A stretch of 62,600 bases of DNA, filler included, from Sanchytrium tribonematis (lineage: Eukaryota), in the NCBI GenBank assembly GCA_018985235.1. It is 21 parts of 21 records of this genome, joined end to end, with 100 filler letters (N's around TTAATTAATTAA, not from the genome) between each part and the next. Parts side by side here need not be neighbours in the genome. Positions count along the whole stretch, not along the records: positions 1 to 2,142 come from JADGIG010001113.1; positions 2,243 to 4,380 come from JADGIG010001114.1; positions 4,481 to 6,614 come from JADGIG010001115.1; positions 6,715 to 8,838 come from JADGIG010001116.1; positions 8,939 to 11,060 come from JADGIG010001117.1; 16 more parts are not named here. One strand, given 5' to 3'. The stretch's first letter is position 1. Each line of letters opens with the position of its first letter. Of the stretch, positions 1 through 11,060 are shown one piece after another. The translations under genes and the position numbers were made by a program. The notes under the pieces were generated by a model, which was not told where the DNA came from, did no database searches, and saw only the letters and a list, made by a program, of their open reading frames with translations.

Positions 1-473
1 TAATTGACATTGTATAAATGGCTGATGGACTGAATTTAAATGCCGTTTTAAACTTCTTTTGGTTGTAAATGAATGGCCGCATTGACAAATGAATTCCGAA
101 TGATTTAATAGAGCAGTAATTTCCATTTGTTTTGAAAGAGACGTCGACTCCGTTATATCACCTCTACCTGAAATCAAATCATGTTATCAATGTTATCAAA
201 ATCACGTGTGACATCCAGTGATCATCGTGCGACCATCCATCAAAATGAGATGTATTTGATAACACCGCGTGATGATGGGATGTGAAAATGGAAATCACAC
301 ATCAATTTGTGATTGAAAATGAACATTTGCAAGTGAATTTGGTGGTCAGAAATGGCAAATTGTGATTTCATGTCACGAAAAATAGTCAATTTGACTAAAA
401 ATATGGGAGAATTCAGGTCAAAATCAATTGTTGACTACAGCAAATGACCAACATAATATTACAATAGTATTTA

Positions 474-746
474 TTATAAATCTATGTTGAAATTGCACTT
501 GTATATTTCCTCCTCTATTTTAATTACATTTAAAGGATGCCGGTTAAACTTCTTTTCTTTTTGGCAGAATGTTCCAGTAATATGCACCTCAGTTGCAACT
601 TTGATTTTTTCTATTAAATCATTGTATATCACCTGTTTATTTTGTGCAATCCAAAAGTCATTCTCAAGTGTCACTTTATCCGGATATGATTTTGCAATTA
701 CATGCACGTACATAATTCCATCAATCACCACATTAACTTTGGCCAT
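474..746 (-). CDS. Small hypothetical protein divergent from the Crypton ORF (possible OB-fold)
   Basis: Open frame from MAKVNVVIDG; beta-rich pattern (EVHITGTF...LNVIKIEE); no firm family match. Confidence 0.35.
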   Translation of the reverse strand: MAKVNVVIDGIMYVHVIAKSYPDKVTLENDFWIAQNKQVIYNDLIEKIKVATEVHITGTFCQKEKKFNRHPLNVIKIEEEIYKCNFNIDL

Positions 747-958
747 GATGATTGCAATAACAATCAAAATCATTTTTTGACTTTGTGACAAAGTGAGAAG
801 AACGTTTACCTTGCACGTGTTTTTATCCCCTGATCTAAAATGACGTCATTTTATTGTGGGGGTAAACGTCAGATCACAGACCAATCATAGTGTGGGCATC
901 ACGACGTGTTACGTTGCTTCTCCAGTAGCCCCTTTGAATCACGAAACACGAGTTTACC

Positions 959-2142
959 ATGATAAAATCTCTCTTCAAGTCTTTAACGGGTGATCCGAAT
1001 GTATTGGATGACTCGCATAACTATAATAATGAATTATTAAACGATGAAATTGAAATAAAGAAGAAAAATCGATCCCAAAAGACCAATTCCACTTATAATA
1101 GTGGTAAAAGGCTATTTAATACTTGGTGTATATCCAATCATGTGGATATTACAGAATTTTCCTTAAATGAACTAGAATTATTTGTTAAATATGCTTCTAC
1201 TCTTAAAAAGAAAAATAACCAGAATTATTCCCATTCCTGGATTGAAAACAACTATAAAAGTGCAGCAGAGATATACAGAGAGAATTATGCACGAAAACAT
1301 CCTGAATATGACGGTGAAATCGATAAAATCCCAACAAAAACAACCACAATTAGTATGATCATAAATAATTATAATATCTCCAAACATATCATTGAAAAGA
1401 AAAATTACAAATCTAAATTGTCTAAATCATTCACGGACTCATATTCCATAGATGAGCATTATCTAATTTGTAGATACTTTTGGAATCTTAAAGATTCCCA
1501 TGTTGGTTTAAAATATCTTGTTGACCATTTAATTGGTCATGCTGCTTTGAATAGAGGGTGTGAGAGGCGTGCAATGGAGTTGAGTGACTTCAATACCAAG
1601 GAAATACTTGTTGATGGCATAACTGAACGTGCTTTGGTGATTATGATTCATAAAAGCAAAATGAATCAAACTTATGGACAAGTAGAGCACAGTTCTATGC
1701 TTCGTCATTTAGATCCCCGCATTTGTCCCATTGGCATGATTGCCATTTACTTATTTCAAAGATTCACTGTTTACGGAGAGGGATTCCCAGATTTGTCAAC
1801 CAAATCGTCTTATTATGACATTAAATTAATACATGGAGAATCCTTTAATGTGTCTTTAAGTGATACGGCACATTCCAAAGTAATTAAAACCATGATTGGG
1901 AAATTAAATTTAAATATCTCTAAAATAACTCACATGGGTCGTAAAACACAGTCACAAGTGCTTGATAACTTAGGTTGTGATGATACACAGCTCAAAAGAC
2001 TTGGTAGATGGGAAAAGAGTAGATTGACTAGTAATTATTTGTTAAATTTGCCAATTCAGGCTATGAAGCTTTGTTCTGGTGCAACTACCATAAATGGCAG
2101 CTACAATCTAAATAGAAACAAAATAATTCCCCCTCCAGACCT
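959..2142 (+). mobile_element. Crypton-type tyrosine recombinase (NDC10_II-like), 3'-truncated by contig end
   Basis: Catalytic R-K-HxxR-W-Y pattern: LNRGCERR, SKMNQ, RHLDPRICPIG, THMGRK, LGRW, SNYLLNLP. Confidence 0.85.
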
Positions 2143-2242
2143 NNNNNNNNNNNNNNNNNNNNNNNNNNNNNNNNNNNNNNNNNNNNTTAATTAATTAANN
2201 NNNNNNNNNNNNNNNNNNNNNNNNNNNNNNNNNNNNNNNNNN
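2143..2242. other. Artificial contig linker (N44-TTAATTAATTAA-N44); 20 copies separate 21 contigs
   Basis: The same 100-bp spacer with stops in all six frames recurs at 4381, 6615, 8839, 11061, 29785, 31997, 34205, 36410, 38614, 40817, 43018, 45211, 47402, 49581, 51756, 53930, 56103, 58275 and 60440. Confidence 0.98.
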
Positions 2243-2301
2243 TCAAGTATACATATGGAACACAAGTACGCATATAACATGCGGCTCTCCTGACGAGCGG
2301 C

Positions 2302-2778
2302 GGAAGTGGTGGAGGTGGGGTTGCGCAAGCTCAGTAAAAGATATACTTGGAAGTATAATTAACTTCTACATATGGCACATGTATGCATGTACCATTGGAC
2401 ATCACGTGGCGCCTTCAGACGCTCAGGAAGAGGTGGAGGTGAGACTTGCAAGCTCAATTTTTTTAGATGGTGGTAAGTTTTGTACACGGGCATGTATGTA
2501 CCTCAGCACGATGTACAAGGCTTATGAAAACTACACATGACGTCACACTGCCCTCTATAATCCCTGCAGGAAGAGGTGGAGGTCAAGACCGCAAGCTCAA
2601 GATTCCTTGTTAGACGTTGGTAGGTTCCGTACCCATGTATATATATCGGTGACAGTACCTATGTATATATATATGCTTCAGTATAATATAAACTTGTCCT
2701 TTACATCAACTTTATATGTACACCATGGTCATCACGTGGCCTCTTCAACCCTGCAGGAAGCGGTGGAGGTGAAGACAA
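2302..2778 (+). repeat. Four degenerate copies of the acceptor plus exon start (cagGAAGAGGTGGAGGTGAAGAC..GCAAGCTCAA) inside the intron
   Basis: Copies near 2302, 2424, 2564 and 2751 align with the true junction at 2826. Confidence 0.85.
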
Positions 2779-2828
2779 GGAATATGAATATACACGATGA
2801 CGTCACGTTGCCCCTATGACGCCCGCAG

Positions 2829-4380
2829 GAAGAGGTGGAGGTGAAGACGCGCAAGCTCAAGAAGCTCTGGGGCAAGTACCAGGCCGCGCAGGCTGAAGTT
2901 GCTGACATCCAGGCGGAGTTCCAGGGCGAGCGCGAAGACCTGCTCGACGCCATCCGCCAGCTCAGCCGCCAGTTGAAGTTGAAGGACCTCATAATAACCA
3001 ACTTTGTGCCGCCAGAAGAGGCGCGCCGCGTGGAGCGGCGCGCCGAGTGGAGCGAGGAGGCGGGGACGTGGACCATTCCGTTCCCGGAACTGGCCGGGAA
3101 TGTTCTGCGGGGGCTCGTCGCGCGGCCAATCTCATCCGAGGTATGCATGATTTGAGCGAATCTGCATGAATGCAAGTGCGGGACGATTCTGGTGCAGGGG
3201 CGCTTGGCAGTGGCAGGGTGTTAAGGGTTAGGGGTATGTTGAGGTTAGGGTTAGGGTTAGACAGCTGGGGCGAGATGAAGCCGTGTTCACCCGTGAAGCC
3301 TCGGAGCTCGCAATTCATGAGTAGCTGCAGTGCTCTCTGTGAACCCACTGCTCATACGGTACTTTTCTCCTACTGTTCTCATTGAAAACTGACCAGATGT
3401 CAACTTCAATTACCGATGTAAACTCCAACTCTCACTGTCAGGCACTGCGGCGCCCGGAAACGGAGTTCGCGCGGCAACGGCGCCAGGTGGATCCGAACCC
3501 CCGGTACTGTTCCGAGAACGTTCTTCGCCAGGAACTGGACCCGCCGGAGCGCACGACTCAGCCGTATGAGGGCCCCGGGATGGCGAGTCGCGTCGCGCCA
3601 GTGCTCGCCATGCCGCTCGATGCGGATGAGGAGGAAGTTACGTTTACTGTGGCGCAGGAGGCGGTGCCGCAGCCGTACTTGCACTACGAGAACGGCGATG
3701 CAGGTGCGTGCGTGCGTATGTATGTCCGACACAATTGCGATGATCGATGATTGATGTTTCCTGAGCATCTTTGTTGTGTACACAAGTGTGGCAGCGGTGC
3801 CGCTGCCGTACTTGCACTGCGAGAACGGCGACGCAGGTGAACCATTACTGTCGGGGATTTGAAGTTTGCCCGCCACAATGACAGCGGCAGCGCCATCAGC
3901 AACGACGCCGCCCCTGCTGTCAGCCGCACAATGCGTACGATCTGATGGTGCATACGCTCCGCACATCAGTAGGCACCCTCTCACTCTGCTTGCACTGGCA
4001 CTTGTGACACAGCGCTGATGTAACTGGCAGCGCTGCTCCGCAACACCTTTCATGTAGGCGACCGCGGTGACAGCGGCAAACATCACCAACTTGAGGTTAG
4101 CTTTCGCGTTGGCAGCGGCGCCAATGGCACCCATGGCGCGCTGCCCCGCTAGCACATCATCGGCCGCGCCAGGCACGCATGCAGGCGTGTGACGCAAACG
4201 CCTCTCGATGACCTGCAACCTCTCACCCTATATACACCCGCGACACAACGACTCTTCTGTGACACAACAACTCTTCTCACTAGCAGCGCTGCTCCGCAAC
4301 CTTCATGCACAGGCGACCGCGGCGACGACGGCGACAACGGCGCCAACGGCGACAGCGGCGGCCGCCCAAAAACGGCGTCC
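2829..4380 (+). CDS. KIF3: Kinesin-II (KIF3/FLA10-type) stalk-tail, partial; exons 2829-3140, 3442-3703, 4313->4380; from a second, GC-rich organism
   Basis: EEVEVKTRKLKKLW...EFQGEREDLL...IITNFVPPEE and RRP...RY.SEN...LDPPERTTQPYEGP...RPKTA are KIF3 tail motifs; GT-AG introns of about 300-600 nt. Confidence 0.85.
3221..3260 (+). repeat. Short intronic TTAGGG-like tract
   Basis: ttaagggttagggg...gttagggttagggttag. Confidence 0.6.
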
Positions 4381-4480
4381 NNNNNNNNNNNNNNNNNNNN
4401 NNNNNNNNNNNNNNNNNNNNNNNNTTAATTAATTAANNNNNNNNNNNNNNNNNNNNNNNNNNNNNNNNNNNNNNNNNNNN

Positions 4481-5278
4481 AGTATAACGTACGAGAAGAA
4501 TGATCTCTCAAAAAAAATCAAAAACAGTGGTGCTATGCTTCAAAACATGCAAAACAAAAATAAAGCACTGATCCACGAGATTGAAGACTTGAGGGAAGAA
4601 CTGGGAGGTGTTCGGATAGCAAAAGTTAATGCAGAGAAAAAAGTCAGAGATCTTGAAGAAAAAATCAAAGTGGTAAAGCCCGCTCCTGTAGTGGAAACAC
4701 CTGACCCTGAATCCCCCAACTTGAAATCTCCTACTATCAGCTTAGGCAAAGAAATTGTCAGCGAGACAGAAGAGGCTTCAGCTCATGTGGAAATCATTGA
4801 AACTCAGAATGAGTCACAGGCGCGTGAAAGCCATGATGAAAACGAAGATGTCGAGGAGGAAGTCTCAAAGTCGCAAGATGAGAAGGATCTTTCCATAAAA
4901 GAAGATTTGCAGTCAGCTGATTTGGAAGAAAAGGAATCAGAAGATCGCGAATCCTCAAAAGCCGAAGAAGATATAACTCCTGCGGAAACTACGTCTAAAG
5001 CAGACAAAAAATCCTCTAACGATTTGAGAGAGCGCCTTCTTCGTCTTCAGCAAGAGAATAGCGTGAAAAGAAAGAGCGAGAGCCCAAGTGACAAGGATAG
5101 CAAAAGATTTCGACCGACTCCTATCAAATTCGAGCCACAACCTACTCCAGAAGCAAAGAAAGAGCTTAAAAAAGAAACAGCTAAAACTAGACCTGATCGA
5201 CCTGTTTATGACGCGAGAAGAGGAAGAGGCGGAAGACCTGACAGTGCGAGGCTCAGGAAACGACCTGATATTAAATAG
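4481..5278 (+). CDS. Charged low-complexity/coiled-coil protein, probably a C-terminal part
   Basis: Long E/K-rich ORF convergent with the next gene (5-bp gap). Confidence 0.7.
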   Translation, partial: SITYEKNDLSKKIKNSGAMLQNMQNKNKALIHEIEDLREELGGVRIAKVNAEKKVRDLEEKIKVVKPAPVVETPDPESPNLKSPTISLGKEIVSETEEASAHVEIIETQNESQARESHDENEDVEEEVSKSQDEKDLSIKEDLQSADLEEKESEDRESSKAEEDITPAETTSKADKKSSNDLRERLLRLQQENSVKRKSESPSDKDSKRFRPTPIKFEPQPTPEAKKELKKETAKTRPDRPVYDARRGRGGRPDSARLRKRPDIK

Positions 5279-5283
5279 TTTTA

Positions 5284-6614
5284 CTACAATTTCGCTACTC
5301 TCGGATACGCAGAATTACCTTGATCGTGTTCTGGAAGTCTGTACCACCACCCAGAACTTTTAATGCCGTTTCTAATAGGTGTGTCGACATTAAGAGCGGC
5401 AGAGTCCAGGATATATTTCATATCTCTCATGGTTTCGTACCAGGCTTCTTTAAATCTTAAAACGCGATAAACGTCAGTGATGTCCTTAGGATTAGAATTG
5501 ATCTTGCATTCAATTCCTACTTTGATCGAATTATCAGAAAAAAAGTAATTAAGTCCGTAACCTTTTTCCATAGCATTTCCAAAACCAGTCCCGATCGCAT
5601 ACTCGTGGGTATTAGCACCTAGTTGTGATGTAGAGAGTCCATAGCTCATAGCTTTTGCGAATGAAGGGTCTTGAAAAATGGCCGGTATGGGCTCATTCTC
5701 CTTTAACATAAATCTAAGACCAAATAAATGGCGATCACAACCTTTTCCTTCTGAAGCTTTCATTATATAATTTCTATGATAAGTTGCGGCTTTTTGCAGT
5801 AACTCGTAAGCTTCCTTAGAACTAATCTATGTCAAGAAAATTGTACCTGTGAGGTCTCAATAGCTTTGACCCAGTCAATACTCTCGCTGCTTAAAGTTCT
5901 ACAAGTTTCTGTTCTACCTTTATGAAATTGTCTAGTTGATGCAGTTTCATAAGTGCTAGTGAATTTTTTATGAAGCCTGTAATATGTCCATTGAAAACTC
6001 AACTGAACAAAAGAATCAGGGCTAATCTTTACTTTTTTCATATAATCCTTGCCAAAGTCTTTAAATTCTGCGACTCCACACTCCGACCGTGCAATAAGAT
6101 CTGTTGCCTCTTTTTGGGCTCTTTTGATGTAAGAATTAGTGGTATAATCTGTCACAAATGGAAGATGCAAGGGATCTTCAAGAGACATTGCTCCATTTTT
6201 CCAGTCCATCTTGGATTCCTCATACCAACAATCATGGAACATATATGAAGGAATCAAAGCATCACATGGAGAGTGCTCTCCATTTACTCCCAACATGCCA
6301 TCTTTCATAACAATAACATTCAAGCTTTTATCAAACCACCTATTATTACCATCCATTCCACGCGCAACCACACCCATTTGCTGATCATGTCCATCTCCAA
6401 TTAATTCGTCTAGACATAATGAAAATAAAGCATTTTCGATAATGTCCAAAGAAGATCTATTAATTTGACTCAAAGCTGACAAGTGCTCATATGCCGAAGC
6501 CCAAGTATCCCTGTCCAAAGTAGTCAATAAAGGAATTGCGGGAGAACAATTGATATGCTTGATTTGGTCCACACATTTTTGCAACAATCCATACAAGTGT
6601 TCCGGAGATATGAT
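5284..6614 (-). CDS. Carnitine/choline O-acyltransferase, 5'-partial; 20-nt intron at 5827-5846
   Basis: NRWFDKS, EHSPCDA (catalytic His), YETASTRQFHKGRTET, DRHLFGL, LSTSQ; the intron joins the two ORFs in frame. Confidence 0.93.
5827..5846 (-). other. 20-nt spliceosomal intron GTACAATTTTCTTGACATAG
   Basis: Removal gives IETSQ|ISSKEAYELLQKAATYH...MKASEGKG. Confidence 0.9.
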
Positions 6615-7189
6615 NNNNNNNNNNNNNNNNNNNNNNNNNNNNNNNNNNNNNNNNNNNNTTAATTAATTAANNNNNNNNNNNNNNNNNNNNNNNNNNNNNN
6701 NNNNNNNNNNNNNNTTAAAATGGAGATGTCTTTGTTGAAATTATTGAATTTCAATACAAGAGTAACGCAAGAAAAAATCGACGACTTTTTAAAATTGATG
6801 AAAATGGATAAAATCGAGATAGGTTTGTAGCAATTGCCTTTTATAAGCGCAAAATAAAATTATTGTCAAAGTCTTTTCTTGCAATTAAGAATTACTATCT
6901 AACAGTACTTGTTAATTTTACAGGAGCAATATTGCACTCGAAGAATTAAGTGTATTTTGATTCAAGGTACTTGATACATGTCTCAAAGTAATTGTAAAAT
7001 TTAAGGATCCGTTTTAAGAAAGCTGTGATTAATATTCCGAACTCTTGTTCTATATGCCGTAGAATACCATATTGCAATTGGTGTTGACTTATTGTTGGCT
7101 GCGATAACTTTGATTTCAGTATACAAAAGCGGGAATGGAGTATGATTTATGCAACATGAAGATTATCATGCCAAATTTTGCGACAATAT

Positions 7190-8134
7190 TTATTTGTGTT
7201 GATAGGCACTAAAGGTCATTTTGGAGATTATGGCCTCTGGTACTTGTAATATTTGCAAGCAATCCTTGGTTTCTTTATCAATTGTAGACTTCTTCTCTTC
7301 TGACTGCAAAGTTAAGATCCTTCCGTTTAATTTGACATCTTTCACGTCAATGAAAAGGTATAGTCCTACAAAGTAAACTAACAAATTTCTTACTGACTGT
7401 TTAATTGCCTGGTTTAAATAATCCTTTTTGTTAAAATGAACTTTGACTGGTGTAACAAAATCTGGCACAAACTCTGATTGCGTTGAATCCATTCTCTTTA
7501 GCGTCTGTTTGCTGTACAAAGACTCTTTTAGTTGAGATTTAGTCTCACAAATTTCAATCTCTAAAGTCTTTTTAGCAGCATCATAATGAGTATAACCGCG
7601 ATGATCTATTTCATACTCACTTTGAAAAATGATTTCGAATTTTGAGATAGAATCCTTTAAACCACTATAGCCCAACTGCAATACACACTTTGGAAAATCA
7701 GTCAGATATTTTATATCCTTCTTATTATCCTGCTTATACATAAACACTGCAGTCATTAACGACACAAGAAATAACCCACAAGGACTGCCTCTGATTAGCT
7801 CACATCTTTGAATGGCCACATTGCCAATTTTCCTGTTGTCCATGTCATTGGTATCATACATATTCTGCAACTTGTTCAAAGACTCTGTTGCAGAAGACAA
7901 ACGGGGAATATCCTTTGACAATCGAAGAGCACAACTTACCAAATCTTGACAGTCCAACATTGTAATCAAATTGTAAGCATGAGTTTCCAATTCCAAATAA
8001 TGCTTCGACTTTGAATCTCTGTTGTTTCTCGTGTACAATTGTAATAATCCATCCAAATTGGAAATTGAAAATTCCTTCACATATGTATCTCCATAATCTG
8101 ATTTCATCTTATTCTCAATCGCAAATAGATTCAT
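7190..8134 (-). CDS. Protein with a putative PD-(D/E)xK nuclease-like motif
   Basis: YEIDHRG...LEIEICETKS motif; overlaps the upstream ATKDD ORF by 20 nt in another frame. Confidence 0.55.
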   Translation of the reverse strand: MNLFAIENKMKSDYGDTYVKEFSISNLDGLLQLYTRNNRDSKSKHYLELETHAYNLITMLDCQDLVSCALRLSKDIPRLSSATESLNKLQNMYDTNDMDNRKIGNVAIQRCELIRGSPCGLFLVSLMTAVFMYKQDNKKDIKYLTDFPKCVLQLGYSGLKDSISKFEIIFQSEYEIDHRGYTHYDAAKKTLEIEICETKSQLKESLYSKQTLKRMDSTQSEFVPDFVTPVKVHFNKKDYLNQAIKQSVRNLLVYFVGLYLFIDVKDVKLNGRILTLQSEEKKSTIDKETKDCLQILQVPEAIISKMTFSAYQHK

Positions 8135-8366
8135 AAATCTCCAGCATGTTGTTGTTAACAGTCACTAGGTTCTTGCATATTTTGACACCCACATCTCTGA
8201 CATCATCTTTGGTTGCTAAATCTTTTATATCAGCTTTAGTGATAAACTTGCTAATATCATCTTTGGTTGCTAAATCTTTTAAATCAGCTTTGGTGATAAA
8301 TTTGCTAATATCGTCCTTGGTTGCTAAATCTTTAATCAACTCTTTAATTTCTTCGATGCTTGCCAT
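8115..8366 (-). CDS. ATKDD coiled-coil repeat protein, probably the N-terminus of the 7190-8134 gene
   Basis: About 2.5 copies of an 18-aa/54-bp unit KDLATKDDISKFITKADL at about 8203-8336. Confidence 0.6.
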   Translation of the reverse strand: MASIEEIKELIKDLATKDDISKFITKADLKDLATKDDISKFITKADIKDLATKDDVRDVGVKICKNLVTVNNNMLEIYESICD

Positions 8367-8938
8367 GGTATTTTTGTCCTGTTTCGGCAGTGGTCCCTTG
8401 CCGGAAAGAATGAACTATCTATCCATTTGATAAATCAGACTGGGAATTTAACTCTGAAAATAATGAATATTTTATTGCAACAAACAATTAATAAACTGAA
8501 TTCAGGTTCAATAGCGTCAAAAATTTTAAATTGAATTCACAGAAAATCAAGATTTCATTAGTTTAGTTTTACAGAGCGTGTCCCATTTCGCCGTAAATTT
8601 AATATATCATATACTGTAATTTTTTTTTCAAAAATAATTTAACTTCATAGTATTGATACTGTAGCGTAAGGCAATATCTCTCGTCTTGTTTTCAGTGCAA
8701 TCAATTCATTTACCTTTCACAACGTAAACCCAGGTATATAACATTACTCGGAATGAAGATTTTCTCGTACTTTATTTTCCACAGAGCGTGCCCCATGAGT
8801 TTGTCCAAAGAAATTTTTAAATTTTCCTGTGCATTGAGNNNNNNNNNNNNNNNNNNNNNNNNNNNNNNNNNNNNNNNNNNNNTTAATTAATTAANNNNNN
8901 NNNNNNNNNNNNNNNNNNNNNNNNNNNNNNNNNNNNNN

Positions 8939-9197
8939 CCTGTGCAGTAATTTTTCTCACTTCCTTGACGTTTCTTGCAACTTCATTCAATAATTCAGTA
9001 TGCCCATTCACTGTGCCCTTCAAGTCTTTAAAGTCGTCCTTAATGGTCTTCAAGTCTTTAATGTCGTCTTTGGTTGCCATGGTTGCCATAATTTGGTTAA
9101 ACATGTCCCTCAACACATCTCTTGTGGATAAATCATCAATTTTGTCAAAATCAATCTTTGAATCCTTGTGTTGCATGAGCGGCCCCTCGCATTGCAT
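8939..9197 (-). CDS. ATKDD coiled-coil paralog, truncated at contig end
   Basis: MATMATKDDIKDLKTIKDDFKDLK. Confidence 0.6.
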
Positions 9198-9338
9198 AAT
9201 TTCATGATAAAGATTTTTTTAAACATGATGACAATGACAGCAATCAATTAATTGCATAAATAATATCATTTATTATCACATGGATTTAATGGCGTCCAGA
9301 AAATCTTTCTGGCTTTCTGGTGGTGCTTCCAAGATTGA

Positions 9339-9716
9339 CTATACAAGTTGCTCAATCAATCGAACTCGTTCTAATTGATTTTCACTCACTTTTAATGCTT
9401 TTTCATGATAACCCATTTCATCACTATAGTCTTCAGAACTGTCTATTTTAGCCACCTTCAATTGTCGCTCATTTGAAGATGAATATAGTTGTTGGTGGTC
9501 TCTTTTGTCACCCAAATTGGAAGTTGGAGGTGATTCTTCTGGAGAATATTGCTGTGGTTGTGGTAGTTGATTTGATGAGAATGACAGAGTATCTATTCCT
9601 CTCAGTTGTGCAGACATGCTTGGCAGTACATATTTACCCTTTACAGCTGGCTCTATTCTTCGATAATTGCTTAGTTGTGGCACCCCAGAGAATGAAATGG
9701 ATTCCGTGACATTCAA
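9339..9716 (-). CDS. Hypothetical protein
   Basis: ORF only. Confidence 0.35.
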   Translation of the reverse strand: MNVTESISFSGVPQLSNYRRIEPAVKGKYVLPSMSAQLRGIDTLSFSSNQLPQPQQYSPEESPPTSNLGDKRDHQQLYSSSNERQLKVAKIDSSEDYSDEMGYHEKALKVSENQLERVRLIEQLV

Positions 9717-9815
9717 AAAATATATGGGGTCCCAATTAATTCAAAATTTGAGATTAGCACAAGCATGATTGTATTAATCGTTTGATTTTGTAACAATCTG
9801 AATGAGAAATTCACC

Positions 9816-10085
9816 ATGGAGATCGCTTTTAAATTCATATGGAATTCCAAAGAAGCCTTGAATGATATAATTCAGAGAACTTTTTTTTCTATTGAAAAGG
9901 TTTTGGATATTATCAAGGCTATACATGATGCTTGGAATAGAATGACGGATCGATTATTGAGAAGATTATCTGATCCACAAATTGAGGAAAATAATGATCG
10001 AATTAAATTACAACAAATAGCAGATGATTTTAATACAGACATTGCGGCCCTACAAACTATTCTAAGGATTATGTACCCTGTTTAA
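9816..10085 (+). CDS. Hypothetical helical protein
   Basis: ORF only. Confidence 0.4.
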   Translation: MEIAFKFIWNSKEALNDIIQRTFFSIEKVLDIIKAIHDAWNRMTDRLLRRLSDPQIEENNDRIKLQQIADDFNTDIAALQTILRIMYPV

Positions 10086-10088
10086 ATG

Positions 10089-10661
10089 TCAAATCAAGTT
10101 TAGATCGATAGTCTTTGAATCGATGACTAGGAAATACCTTGCACTCGATGCAACTGAAGAAGTCTCAATAATGTTCTTGACTTGATATACATTTTCTCGC
10201 ATGTATTTCTTTTTAATTTGACCAAAACCACTATTTAGACTAAATTTTGTATGTCCTTTAATCATGAATTTAAATTCAATGGTATCGCATTTTCCATGTA
10301 GACACAACCAAGATAATAATTTGATAATGGTATTGTTTTTGTTTTAACCAACACAATTGTCGGCATGTAAAATTAAAATTCATTCGTTGTTCTTTTGGTA
10401 AACAGTAAATGTAATCGAGTAACAATGTAGCTACATTATTACTTGCTTTTTTACCTTGATCTTCTCTATAAATGTAATTCATTTGACGACACCGATTTCC
10501 TTTATAAATTTCAAATAATTTGAAATTTAATAGTGACAAGAAATACATGTCGCTTGGTTGGTCATGTAATTGAGGTAAAATTAAATTTTGACTGAAATCA
10601 AATGAAATATGCGTGTACCCTTGTTTAGAGTGGTCATTATTAGGTGAACACAAGAATAGAT
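10089..10661 (-). pseudogene. Sola-type DDE transposase relic
   Basis: ISFDFSQNL.LP...QPS.MYF, GKKASN.V, a frameshift to HADNCVG*NKN, then IKGHTKFS..GFG.IK; contains a stop and a frameshift. Confidence 0.8.
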
Positions 10662-11060
10662 TAGGGTGTTTCAGATTTGCAAATCCAAATCCCTGATCTT
10701 TTTTGCACAACAAAGCAAGATTTGGGTCATTAATTGATTTGCAAATCTTTCAGAATTGCAAATCCGACCAAAGATTTGGAATTGCAAATCCAAATCCCTG
10801 TTTTGCACAACAAAGCAAGATTTGGGTCATTTATTGATTTGCAAATCTTTCAGAATTGCAAATCCAAGGATCAAACATGGGACAGAAATCAAAAGCGTTT
10901 TTAAACAAGGCACCAGCGTGGTTAAAATCTGACACCAATATTTTGTTAGAGGCAATGACTGTATTAAATAAAGATTATGCAAACTATAATGATATTAACT
11001 TTGACGAACCATTAATGATAAGCGAAAAGACGTTTGGAAAAGTGCGTGACGTTATAATGG
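10662..11060 (+). mobile_element. Putative hAT-like transposon end (TAGGGTG) with subterminal repeats, inserted into the Sola relic
   Basis: TAGGG terminus where Sola similarity stops; palindromic GATTTGCAAATC motifs; about 90-bp duplication at 10677-10766/10782-10866; ORF from 10877. Confidence 0.5.

Noticed and set aside
2302..2830. CRISPR-like repeat-spacer array
   Set aside because: Repeats are degenerate copies of an exon junction with irregular spacing in a eukaryotic gene; no cas genes
3221..3260. Telomere
   Set aside because: Only a few degenerate TTAGGG units in the middle of an intron
3406..4218. 270-aa minus ORF and other antisense ORFs throughout the window
   Set aside because: Shadows of real genes or GC-rich sequence; no recognisable motifs
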